64,000 bases of DNA, from contig NC_087437.1 of the NCBI RefSeq assembly GCF_036321535.1, positions 97,094,001-97,158,000 on the forward strand. Direction: 5' to 3'. The position numbers and the translations under genes were made by a program. Each line of letters begins with the position of its first letter. Within the stretch, counting starts at the first letter, position 1. Under the pieces are notes generated by a model. That model had not been told where the DNA came from and did no database searches. It saw nothing but the letters and a program-made list of their open reading frames with translations. This DNA comes from Camelus dromedarius (taxonomy: Eukaryota). Of this stretch, positions 51,556 through 63,145 are shown piece after piece.

Positions 51556-52019
51556 TGTAATGGATTCCTAAGGTTGATGTGACAAAATATCACAATCATA
51601 GTGGCTTAAAACTACAGAAATTTATTCCCTTACACTTCTGGAGGCTCAACATGTGAAATCAAGTGGTTAGCAGAGTCCTGCTTTTTCTGAAGGCTCTAGA
51701 GGAGGATTCTTTCTTCCTTGCCTTTATCTAGCTTCCAGTGGTTCCGGGAACTTTTGGCATTCTTTGGCTCAGAGACATAACTCCAATTTCTGTCTCTGTC
51801 ATCACATGATGTTCTCATTGCTGTGTCTGTTTCTTCTCCTCTTTCTTATAAGGAAATCATCAGTTATTTTGGATTTAAGGTCCACCCTATTCCAGTATGA
51901 CTTCATTGTAACTTGATTATATCCTTAAAGACCTTATTTCCAAAGAATTTCACATTTACAGGCATCAGGGGTTAGAACTTGAACATACCCTTTTGGAGGA
52001 CACAGTACAATCCATACCA
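51556..52019 (-). mobile_element. MaLR solo LTR (MLT1B/C-like)
   Basis: GTGGCTTAAAACTACAGAAATTTATT...GAAGGCTCTAGAGGAGGATTC...AAAGACCTTATTTCCAAAG...GGGTTAGAACTTGAACATA; perfect 5-bp TSD CATAC (51551-51555 / 52020-52024). Confidence 0.92.
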
Positions 52020-54464
52020 CATACTGATGACATTTTAAAATGTGATATTCAGAAACTTCCGTAGTGAAAAACGCTGAGCTATCTCTAAGAGCCTTGTATA
52101 AGTGACATATTACTGACAAGCTGGTAGGTAGTGGGGCGTGGAATCCCAGCACCTCACTGAGGACACAGCAGGTGATGATTGCCTGGTTCTTCCAGAAAAT
52201 CTGACTCATAATGTGCTGTATTTTGCTAAAGGATCAAACCACCAGTTGTGCTTTGTTAATTAATTGATTTAAATATCAGATTGTTTCAGGCTGTTAGTTG
52301 TAATCTAAGAAAGGATCGTTACATTTATCAAAATGAATTATCAGTTCTTTCTACATACTCTTTTCCAAATGATTCGTGTCTCCAATTTCCTCTTTCCCTA
52401 CTTCCGAATCATTATTTATCCTGTTTCCCCCATCTCTGCCCATTTATACAAAGATAAAGCTCAGTGTCAGCTGCAAACACAAAAACCATGTGTGGCTTCC
52501 CGTCTTCAAGCTAATGAAGAAATGTGAAGCAATACTGCTTCTGCTGCCCTTAAATAAAGGCTTCCATCAATAGCCATGTTGTAGAGAGGCCTGCACTAAC
52601 CAAGCTCTTTCCCCAATTTACACAGTATTTCCTAAACTTATTGATGAACATTTAGTGGAGGAATAACCACATGTGGTGATAAATTGTGCCTCCCAAATTT
52701 CAGTCTACCAGAACTGTCACTTTTAAATGAGAGTGGATGGTTCTGATGGGTCTGAGAGCTCTTCAGAGTCATTTGGGGCTGCCCATGGCTTTCTGCCTCT
52801 TATTTTGTCTCTCACATCCTAAACTAATTCTTATTTATGTCTCTTATCAAGCCCCCATTTATTTTCTGCCACAGAAGTCGTGGACTCGTGCAAGAGCACA
52901 ACTGTATAGGGAACACTGTAAAGACTGTCAAATTTTGTTTTGCATATGGTTTAAAAGTGTCCTCAGTGGTGCAGCATTGTAAAGCAAACTATTTATGCTA
53001 TGCGTGTTTTCATTACCTACTGATCTACCCGTAATTTAAATCACTGTCATTTGTCAGATTAGTGGAGAAAGAGAGAGCATTCTGGATATGGAAAAAGAAC
53101 TACTCTGTTTACACATCATGGCAAATTATAATCATTCATTTTTTTTGCAGGAAACAGTAAATTTGACCTTAACTCCAAGGTATTGACATTGATGATTTTC
53201 ATGAAGTTTATGAATACAAAAAAAGATAGTAACAGAAACTCAGTGTGCTGAGTGAATTGGTTAAAAGCTAGAACTTTTAAGGAAACTGCTAGAGAATGTA
53301 TTGAAATCAATCACCTATATTTTACTGGTGAAGTTTGCCATTTTTTAGTGGTTGGTTTAATTCATTTTGTTGTCATCTTTTAGAAGTCCTTTATACCTTT
53401 CAAATAAAGGGTCTATTTTTCTTTGTAGTTATCTGCACATGGAATCTGCTATCTAGTGCAAATCATCACAACACTTCTATTTTGTGAAATATATAAAGCA
53501 TATCCCCAGTTTTTTCCTAAGTAAAATATCAACTCCACACATTAGCTTTTATTTTACTTATGCAGGTAGAGCACTTATCACACTTGTCATGGTAAACAAG
53601 TTTACACCAAAAAATTAAAAATATTCCTCATTCAGTCGTTCACTGGGAATTTAGATTTTAGAGCAAAAAAAGGGCACATTCAGCACATATTGCCATAAAT
53701 TTGTTCAGATGGAACAGAATTGGGTGATACAACAGTCAAGCAGCAGGCATGGTGTGACAGCTCACAGACAATGAAATGGAACTTTGAAGAGAGGAGCAGC
53801 TGTATTATATTGTATCCTGCAATTAAAACTATTAAGGCAGAAGAAAATCATCTTCACTTCCACCTTCATGATTTTGGGCTGTCTCTCTGCATTGTCCTAA
53901 TAAAGCCTGATGTATTATATATTTCATCATGACAAAACATAATTGATGTCATGAACATTTTAAAATTATCACTGTGTTAATATATGCTTTTGAGAAACTG
54001 TATTTATTATTATAAATGTTCCCATACTTATTTTCACTTATATTGAAGACCATGACAGTGTGTTTTAAATGGGTTCTCAGTGGCAAATGAGTCGTTTTGA
54101 AGACTACCTTTCTAATTAATTCCACAAGAGTTGAAGTTTCTTTTAAGTTTCTTCTACAAATGATAAAAATAACAGCTTCTCCTTGGAGTTATGAAAGGTA
54201 AAAGCCACAATAAGTCAAAGAAGTGTACATTGTTCAGAAGCCATTTCCATCTTTGTGAAAATTATAGTGTAGAAAAGCTGGGGGTCAATGTGGTGGGCGT
54301 AAGCCACTTACACCCCCCTGAGCCTACATGTCTCTGCATTGCTCTTCTGTGCCCTGTTCACATAAAATATTAGAAAAGTTATAGCCCAATAGTTAATTCA
54401 GAGACTTGAGCCTTTATAATTAAAAGTTTTCCATTCATTAAGAGGAAATATTGTTTAGGATAAA

Positions 54465-54680
54465 GAAAAACGTAATATATGGGCCCTGAATTCTGGACAG
54501 ACCTGGGTTCAAGTTCTGGCTGTTTCTTATCAGCTGAGTGACTTGAATTAAAATGAAAAGACTGTCAGTGTTAGCCTTTCGGCTATTTTTTCACTATGAT
54601 CCCATGTGCCAAGAACAGTGTCTGGCACGCACAGGACACTTAATACTACCTGTTGAATGGAAGAATTAATGAGTGAAAGC
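54465..54680 (+). mobile_element. MIR 5' fragment followed by an L2 3' tail
   Basis: GGACAGACCTGGGTTCAAGTTCTGGCT...GAGTGACTTG, then AGAACAGTGTCTGGCAC...TGTTGAATGGAAGAATTAATGAGTGAA. Confidence 0.65.
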
Positions 54681-55034
54681 TCTTGGAAGAAATTTAGCAC
54701 GGCATTTGTAAACTCCTTGGTATTACATCCTCTCTGACTTTGATTCTTCACATCTCCTTCGCTTTCCACAACAGCAGATTGGGATAATATGATCTCTTAA
54801 ATTTATCAGTATTGGAATATTTCAGTTCAATTATTATATGTAGCAGAGTCCTTCATTCTTTTTTTAAAAGACAATCTAACAGTAACCATATTGCTCTAAA
54901 ATGTAATACAAAATAAACAATCCCTCACACATTTTTAAGATCTTTAAGAGAAATAGTTCACACGTATCGTTCCAAAAAAACCTTACATTTAAATTGATAT
55001 GATATAGTTTAAGACAAAAAAAAACTAAATACTT

Positions 55035-55179
55035 TTTTCTTAATAAATTTTTAAAAATTTTTGGTAGGGGGAAGTAATTAGGTTCATTTACTTATTCTTA
55101 GAGGAAGTACTGAAGGCTGAACCCAGGACCTCATGCATGCTAAGCATGTGCCCCACTACTCGAGTTCTACCCTTCCCCC
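55035..55179 (-). mobile_element. Camelid tRNA(Ala)-derived SINE (Vic-1-like), long form with 3' extension
   Basis: Reverse complement: GGGGAAGGGTAGAACTCGAGTAG...CATGCTTAGCATGCATGAGGTCCTGGGTTCAG...AACCTAATTACTTCCCCC plus an A-rich tail. Perfect 12-bp TSD AACTAAATACTT (55023-55034 / 55180-55191). Confidence 0.9.
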
Positions 55180-56382
55180 AACTAAATACTTCTGAAACAC
55201 AAAGTAGAGTGAAAAATTTACCAATAGGTGCAATAATAGCTTTCATTTTTATACTCATTTCCAGCCATCCTGATGTTTTGCAGGATAAGTTATGAGTCTC
55301 ATGATGAATATGCTCCAGTGTCCTGGTGTCTCCCTCCGGTGTCCAGCCAGGCCTGCTGGAGTTATGACACAGGCTGGACGCCGGGTTTATAGGACAAGTC
55401 AGGGGATGATTCATGCCTCCGAAAGAGCAGCATTTCTTTTAAGGAAAGCTATCATGGATAGCGACCATTTTACTACAAGTATCACACCGTTTTTATTCTC
55501 TCCTTGTTGAAAATTAAGAAGAAAGGTAACAGAAAATTTTGAACCATGTAATCACCATATGAAAATGTCCAACCTTCCACTTTATCTTCCAGAAATGACT
55601 TTAACAAAATAAAAATTGCCTTTCATCTCATTGATTTTTTAATCATGCCCAGAGCTTTCCAGAGCCGTCACTTACACAAAACTAGTGTGACTGCCTTTGC
55701 GAAGAGCATAACTAATGTGGTCCCCCATCTCCCGCTGCTGCCAAGGAATTTACACTTTACAGGAAAGCAGGGACCTCAGTGCTGACCTTGTGTTTACAGG
55801 GTCCCTCCCCATTGGCTCCCGGGTAATTAGACACTTCAGGAATCACCTCACAGCTGTCCGTACATAGCCATATGATGTCTTCCATATTTTTCTGCAAAAT
55901 TAACTATTTTTTAACTGTTTTCTCACCCTCTGGTTCTAAAAAAAAATTTTTTTCCCATTGTATGGATATTTGACTCTTTTTTCTGGAATAAAGGAAAGCC
56001 AAACCAAACCAAACCCTCAGTTTGGAAACCATTAGGTCTTTGAGCAGGTAAGTTTGTCTCTGTTCTTTGATAAGAACATTGTGTCTCTATTTTTTATAAA
56101 GTTCATTAATAGTTCTTATTTATTTGTATATCAGTAGACACCTGGATTAGACCAGAAGCTGTAGTAAACAAAAGAGAATTCATAGTTTTCAAAATAATGT
56201 GAAATTCTTTGTGTTTTCATTGTGAATCCAAGGAGGGGATTTTTGGACATGATGTTGATTTTAGGAAATTGTCTCTCTTCATCAATATAGTATGAAGTAT
56301 ACTCTTTGAAATGGGCATTGAATTGCATGTGTGTGTGCACACAGATATATTTACTAACTTCATTCAGCTTTTGGTCCAATAG

Positions 56383-56420
56383 TTATGCAAAAGAAGACGG
56401 CTGTAGGAAGAATGAACAAG
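56383..56420 (+). other. Candidate small exon (splice signals only)
   Basis: Perfect branch point TACTAAC at 56352-56358, AG at 56381-56382, donor AAG|GTATGT at 56420/56421. Confidence 0.3.
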
Positions 56421-57144
56421 GTATGTATTTATTTAACAAACTGGGAAGAAGTTTCAAAGAAGGCTGATTGGGATGTCCACAGCCTGCAGCTGCTGGCTTC
56501 TCCATGATGATTGTAGAAAATGAATCATTTAAAATTTGAGAAAGGTACTCTGAGATTCAGGGATAGATCCCTGTGGGTAGGAAGTGGACTGTTTTCTCCA
56601 GATGATGAAAGGGTAGAAGGTTGGACATTGGGATAGAAAAGATACATTTAGGACTATAGGGTGTTAGTAAGGGGACTTTTATGAAGGCTAGTTTTGGTTG
56701 TTGTTTTTTTTGCCCCTCCCATTTTCTTTGGACTCTAGGAACCATCCATTTTAGCATTCAGATTTAAGTGTTGTTTCTTCTGTACCAAATTTTCTCCAAC
56801 TGTTCAGTAAAGAACGTCGACCACACAAAGCCTTATGTTGGAGGGAAACTGAGGGAAGGATCAGTAACAGCTTGTTGTGGCCTTCTAAACATCAGTGCTC
56901 CAACAAGGTCAAGTGAGTGATTAATTTTGGAATTCCACGTGATGGACAGAAGCAAAGTAAAGCCTTCATGGACCTCTGAGTGACAGAAGTGAGAACTGGA
57001 TGAGTAGACATCTGTGGGGTTTATACAGACCCATGCATAGAAATGAGACAAACTCCCTTTGTTTTCTAAGTGTACTAGCACGTGGAGGGGGGAACAGACA
57101 TATGCTTGATACATATGCATTTTATTTATTATTAAAAACTATTT

Positions 57145-57645
57145 ATTGTTTTCAGCTTTATTGAGGTATAATTGACAAATTTTTATAAGAAGGGTACAAT
57201 GTGATTTCACATATGTATATGTTATGAAATGATTACTCCAATCAAGTTAATTAACAAATCCATCAGCTCACATAGTCATTATTTTTTTTGTGTATGTGGT
57301 AAGAGCACTTTAGATCTACTCTCAGAAAATTTCAAGTATACAATAGATTACTATTAACTGTAGTCAGCTTGCTATACATTAGATTTCCCAGAGCTATTTA
57401 TTTATAACTGAAAGCTTGTACCCTGTGACCAGTATCCCCTATTTCCCCCATTTCCCAGCTCCTGGCAACCACCATTCTACTCTCTGATTCTATGAGCCCA
57501 ACTTTATTTTTCTTTTTATATTCCACATATAAAATGGAGATCAGACAGTATTTGCTTTTTTTGTTTAGCTTATCTCACTTAGTGTAATGTTTTGTCTCCA
57601 GTTTCACCTATGTTGTTGTAAATGGCAGGATAAAAGGAAAAGTGA
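57145..57645 (-). mobile_element. L1 3' end (L1MA9/L1MA8-like)
   Basis: CAGCTTTATTGAGGTATAATTGACAAAT...ATCAAGTTAATTAACA...AATTTCAAGTATACAATA...CCTGGCAACCACCATTCTACTCTCTG. Confidence 0.9.
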
Positions 57646-57673
57646 TATGTACACATTTATATATATATAAATA

Positions 57674-57725
<52 letters not shown>

Positions 57726-57803
57726 CTATATACACACAAACACACAAATATCTATATATATACATCTCTGTGTGTGTGTGTATATATATACACATACATA
57801 TAT
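57646..57803. repeat. Compound (TA)n/(TG)n/(CA)n microsatellite
   Basis: Pure TA run at about 57684-57721, flanked by TG and CA runs. It accounts for the YIYI/HTHT ORFs. Confidence 0.92.
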
Positions 57804-57928
57804 GAAAATATGTCCCGAAGATTTTTTAAGGTACTGGAATTACAACGGTGAATATAACATTGAGCACTTTTTCCTTTTGAGCTTGTCTGAAAATTCGGGA
57901 AACAGATAATCCATGAATGAACAAAGAG

Positions 57929-58346
57929 TCTATTGGGGTTCTCCAGAGAAACAGAACCAATAAGATATATCTATCTTATATAGATATATTGATAGAGATT
58001 TTAAGGAATTGGCTCATCTGATTGTGAAGGCTGGCAAGTGCAAAATTTGCAAGGAAGGCCAACAGGCTGGAAATTCTGGCAAGAGCTGATATTGCAGTTT
58101 TAAGTCTGAAGGGAGTTGGGGAAGAATTTCTTCCTCTTTGGGAGACCTTAGTCTCTACTCTTAAGGCCTTCAACTGATTAGATAAGGTCCACCCACATTA
58201 TGGAGGATAATCTGCTTTACTGCAAGTCTACCGTTTTAAATGTTAATCACATCTCAAAAATACCTTCACAGCAACATCTAAACTAGCATTTGACCAATTC
58301 TAGTGGTCTAGCCTAGCTGAGTTGACACATAAAATTAGCCACCACA
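57929..58346 (-). mobile_element. ERVL solo LTR (MLT2D/MLT2B-like)
   Basis: GGGTTCTCCAGAGAAACAGAACCAATA...AAGGAATTGGCTCA...GCCTTCAACTGATT...GTTGACACATAAAATTAGCCACCACA; perfect 5-bp TSD AAGAG (57924-57928 / 58347-58351). Confidence 0.93.
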
Positions 58347-59124
58347 AAGAGAAATAAGGCATATGATTTTAGAAAAGGTGGTCAGGGAATTCCTCTTACA
58401 GAATGGTACATCTAAGAAGAGTGAGACTCAAGAATATCTTGAGGAAAATCTTTCCAAGCAAAGACTATATACGAAGGCCCTGAGGCAGGGATATCAGGCA
58501 GTGTTTGAAGAACAACCATATGATGTCCACTATGCCTGAAATACTGTGAGCCAGGGGCAGAGAAAATAAGATGAAGGACCATAAAGGGACTATTTGGCCT
58601 TTGACACTTCTGTTTATTTTAAGAGCAATGGCAAGCTATGTAGAGTTTTAAGCAATAACTTGCATGACCTGACACAACTATTAAAAAGTTTCTTCTGGCT
58701 ATTATGTGATGGATAGACCACAGAGAGGCAAGAGCAGAAGATGAAAGACAAGGCAGGAGTCTATTGCAAAACCTTGATGGTATATTGGGATGCTGTGGAG
58801 ACAATGAAGATGGTGAGAAGTGGGTCAGATTCTGGACATATTTGGAAAGTAGGCAACAACATTTGTGATGTTTTAGGTAAAGGTTGTAAAAGCAATAGTG
58901 AAATCAAGAATGATTCTAAGGTTCTGGGACTTAGCAATGAGATGAATGGTATTGCCATTTACTGAGATGAGGGCTTACTGGAAGGGAATGAATCTAGGAA
59001 GTCACAATACCCGCTTATAACATGATAACGTTAACAGTGAGACACCTATTAAATATCTATGCTGAGAAATCAAGCAGGTAGCTGGATATGAATCTTGAGA
59101 CAGCAGAAGTAAATTTAGCAGTCA

Positions 59125-59255
59125 TGTTAGGTATCTTGATTGTGGTGGTTGTTTCATTGGTGTATACATCTATCAAAATTCATCAAATTCTACATCTGAA
59201 ATATGTGTAGTTTACTGTACAGGAATCATATCACAATAAAGGTATTTAAAAAAAT
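59125..59255 (+). mobile_element. Old L1 (L1MB/MC/ME-like) extreme 3' end nested in L2
   Basis: TATCTTGATTGTGGTGGTTGTTTCATTGGTGTATACATCTATCAAAATTCATCAAATT...CACAATAAAG. Confidence 0.75.
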
Positions 59256-60647
59256 AGAAATATAGAGGAATTTAAAGACTTTAGTACTGGATGAAATTAT
59301 TTAGAAACTCCAGTTGGATGGAGAAGATAATAGATCTGAGTCTAGAATTGGAGACACTCACACATCATTTATTTTCCTATAAAAAATTTACAAACATCAT
59401 AAAGGTCCAAAAAATTATGGAGACTTTATTGGTACTGTGCTAAGATTAATTAGGGTTATTCTGAATTTTTTTAATTCATCTTTTCATTTTTCCCCTAAAA
59501 TGCAATTATATTTAAATTTGAACTTAACGCATGAAGAGTGGGATTTGTCACGTGAAGATGGAGAAGTGAGTATGGTATTGAAAAGTATGGTAGATACTTT
59601 TTACATATGAACTTATATAACAGTTACAACCATTTTAGATTTGGAAATCTTCCCCTTTTTATAGATAAGAAAAATTTGGGGCTTGGTGAGGTAAAACAGT
59701 ATCATGCAGCATTTTACCAGAAATATAAATGCAGACTCTAAAGAGAATTTTGGAAGTGCTTCCATTATATAGTTATTTTGCTGACCTCAAGGACTTTACA
59801 ATATCTCTGTTAACCAGATTCATTATGAAATATTAATAGGCGTATATTTCATGAAACACTTTACTTTCATGGAAACATAAAACTAAGGATAACTGAGTAA
59901 GAAATGTCCAGAGTTTTTCTAAATTCTTGATGTAAAAGTAAAACCCACGCAGGCGCTGGATTTCACACGTGGATTCCATATTTTGTATTTGGATAGCATT
60001 GGTGTTCTTTACAGGCTACATAAGAGACCTCTAAAACCCCATTATGTGATCATTTTCACCCAGTATTCAAGGACTTTTATAGCATAACTAATTGACCATA
60101 TGTCTCTTCCATATATTTGATGAGGCTTTAAAAAAATAGCAGATACAATATAAAGGATAAGAAAATAGTCTACAGCCTAAATGATACAGAAAAAAAAAAA
60201 AATCTAACACCAGAATGCAGAAAGATTTAAGACTGGCAGTGAACAAATGATTAGTCATTTAATCATATCTAAGTAAGTACTTCACTGGTAAGACATGTAG
60301 GTTTTTATCACTTATTGAACATGAGGCTGTCTGGCAGCATTGACATGACAGGTCATGGTTTAGTACTCCAGTAATACATAACTCAGGCACACTCAAATAT
60401 CTTCAGCCACTTCGAGCAGGTATTAATTAACCAATAAAACATAACCTGGAACAACTGAAGGCTACTGCAGTCTTTTTGTGTCTTAAATGCTGAAATAATA
60501 TGTGAGAAAAAAGAATGACGATAAACACAAAGTACTATGAAATAAGGACAAACTGGGGGTACTACTAAAGACAAGATTCCATAAACTATTATTATATTTG
60601 TCTTTATCTCTTTACAAATGTTGACCCCAGACATGTATGTGGGAGTG

Positions 60648-61225
60648 TTTTTTTCCTTTTTAAAAAATTGAGGTAAAATTTACAGAACACAGAATTGAAA
60701 GTGCATTTAAAGTGTACAATTTAGTATGCAAAGTGGCATTTAGTAGATTCACAATGTTGGGAAGATGTCACTGATATCAAACTCTACGTTTTCATCACCC
60801 GAAAAGAAATCCCTCTATTCATGAAGCAGACACTTATTTCGTTACTTTTTCCAGCCACAGGCAACCATCGATGTCTTCCATCTCTATGGATTCAACTATT
60901 CTAGATATTTCGCTTAAATAGAATCATACGATACTTGTCCTTTCATGTCTGGCTATTTCACTTAGCATAACATTTTCCAGGCTTTTCCATGTTGTGGCAC
61001 GTATCAGCACCTTGTTCATTTTTATGTCTAGATAATATTCCATTGTATGTATATACCACATTTTGTCCATTCATCATTGATAGACATTTGGGTCATTTCC
61101 ACCTTTTGGCTACTGAAAATAGTGCTGCTATGAATATTCATGCACAAGTATTTTACCTGTTATCAATTGCTTAGGGTATATATTTAGGAGTAGAATTGCT
61201 AGGCCTTGTAGATAGACTGTTAAAG
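60648..61225 (-). mobile_element. L1 3' end (L1MB-like)
   Basis: ATTGAGGTAAAATTTACA...TTTAAAGTGTACAATT...TTTTCATCACCCGAAAAGAAA...TTTCACTTAGCATAA...GGAGTAGAATTGCTAGG. Confidence 0.88.
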
Positions 61226-63076
61226 CTGATTTCCTTTCTATTTTGTGTTAGTATCTCAATATTTTAAACTCTTTTATTTGTGGAACAACCTCAAGAAATC
61301 AAGGTTTTTATAAAAAAAAAAATAAAGGAGAGGAATTAAAATTATTTTCTACTAAGAAAACTCTTCATGAAGGGTTCAAAACTGAGAACAAAGAGGTGGC
61401 ACAGAGCAAAGTTTCTTTGGAAGGAGCGTCAGGACCAGCAATGGAACCTGGTGCCCCAACAACTTCATCATATTGGGTTATAGAACATGGGTCAGTAAAT
61501 GGATAGAGACAGAGTGAAAGAGTGTCTTAAAGAGAAAACTTGAAGGTGTCCACAGGATGTAAGATGTGAATATAAAGAATATGGAATTCGAAAAAGCAAG
61601 GAAAACATACATGAAACAATAATAATGTGCTTAATATTTATTGGAAGAGGATGGAGTTTCTCAAAAGAACAGAATATGGAGAAATAAGACCAGAACAATG
61701 ATCTAAAGCTATCTGTTGGTATTTTGATATCTTGGCCTCAACAAAGATTTCACTGGATGAACTTTTTAAATTCTAAATTTCTTGGGGTTTTTTTGTCTCT
61801 ATGTTTTGGATTTAGGTGCTGGGATATATTAACATCACAGGTTTGTTTCAGAGAGACAGTGACAAAATAGGAAGTGCCAAGTGTCAGGAAGGCTTGTGTC
61901 AATGGGTGAGCTCAGCAACTTGAAAATATCCAAGGAAACAAAAGAGAAGACGAAAGTGCTGTGGTTGACAGCAACAGTCAAACAGATTTTTACTCATGTG
62001 TAAATATTAAGACAGCCACAATACTATGCATATGTGCAAAAACATGCCCAAAACATGCCATTCTTTTTTTTTTATTAACTTTTTCCATTTTGAATGTGGA
62101 TATCTCTTCCATGAATGAAAAGACTCTAACTCTAAGCATTACATTTTACTATTGTTACTAAAATTTTGAATTAAATTATAACAGAAGTATAGAAATTTTT
62201 CTATTAAATTATAAAATTATAATTATATACAATTGCAAAAGAACTATTTCAAGTCATTAGAAAAATAATCTTTAAAAGGTGTATGACTATAAACATACAG
62301 TTATATGTTAAACATACAACTATAAATATACAAACATTAACTATCAACACATTAAAATGTGTATAGCTATAAATGTCATTAAATTATTTCCTATTTCCTG
62401 TGTTCATTTTAGTGGTAAAAGTTGGACAATTATCAGAAAAATTAAGTTGGTTGAATGGAGATCTTCTAATTACTCTAAGAAGAAAGTGGCCAATGTAAAT
62501 GGTTATGGCTAAATTATATAGGAATATTGATACAAAGATGCAGGAAGAATGAAACATTGAGACATTTGCTGTATGACAGAAAAACTTAGGAACATTAAAA
62601 AATCGAAATGATTACTTTTCTTTTCTTTCTTTCTCTGTGCCCTTTTGTAAACTAAATGCCAGAGTTCTTGTCTGTGACAATCTTGCCATCTAAAGCAGAC
62701 CATGTGCTGCAGTAAATTTCCAGGAGACCTAAAGTGGAGAATAACCTTAAAAAAGAAAAAAATTTTAAAGCTACCCTAAGCAGCAAACGGACCAAGCACA
62801 AAGTCTCTGAAAAAAGCATGCATGGTCTGAAGAAGTGAACACATAAAACAGTTTTTACAGCATCAGAGTATTATTTTGATTGGCATAGCTAATTCTCATC
62901 TATTCACAATAATAAATATATGAACCACATGGATAAAATGCACAGATTAAAAAGCCTAATACGGCCAAAAATTGAAACCACATTTAGCATTAAGCCTATA
63001 TTATAAAAGTACTAATAACACCTAACAACACTGAATTACATTTTTTGCTTTATTTTGCTTTATTCCTCATCTCCAG

Positions 63077-63145
63077 GGCCACACCTGTCAAAATACTGAT
63101 GAGAGAGAAAAGAGGGGAGAAGGTGAGATTTTCATAATCTGGAAG
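63077..63145 (+). other. Candidate internal exon (splice signals only)
   Basis: Long pyrimidine tract TTTTTTGCTTTATTTTGCTTTATTCCTCATCTCCAG. Two donors: AAG|GTGAGA (63122) and AAG|GTAAGG (63145). The 69-nt form is open in frame 0. Confidence 0.35.

Larger units (their letters stand above)
57820..59370 (-). mobile_element. L2a-like LINE 3' region, interrupted by MLT2 and an L1 fragment
   Basis: GGTGGTCAGGGAA..., GAAGGCCCTGAGGCAGG, GGTGAGAAGTGGGTCAGATTCTGGACATATTTGGAAAGTAG, ATCAAGAATGATTCTAAGG, TTGCCATTTACTGAGATG. Confidence 0.85.

Noticed and set aside
62280..62375. Structured tandem repeat (AAACATACA/CTATAAA motifs)
   Set aside because: It is degenerate AT-rich low-complexity sequence without a consistent period.
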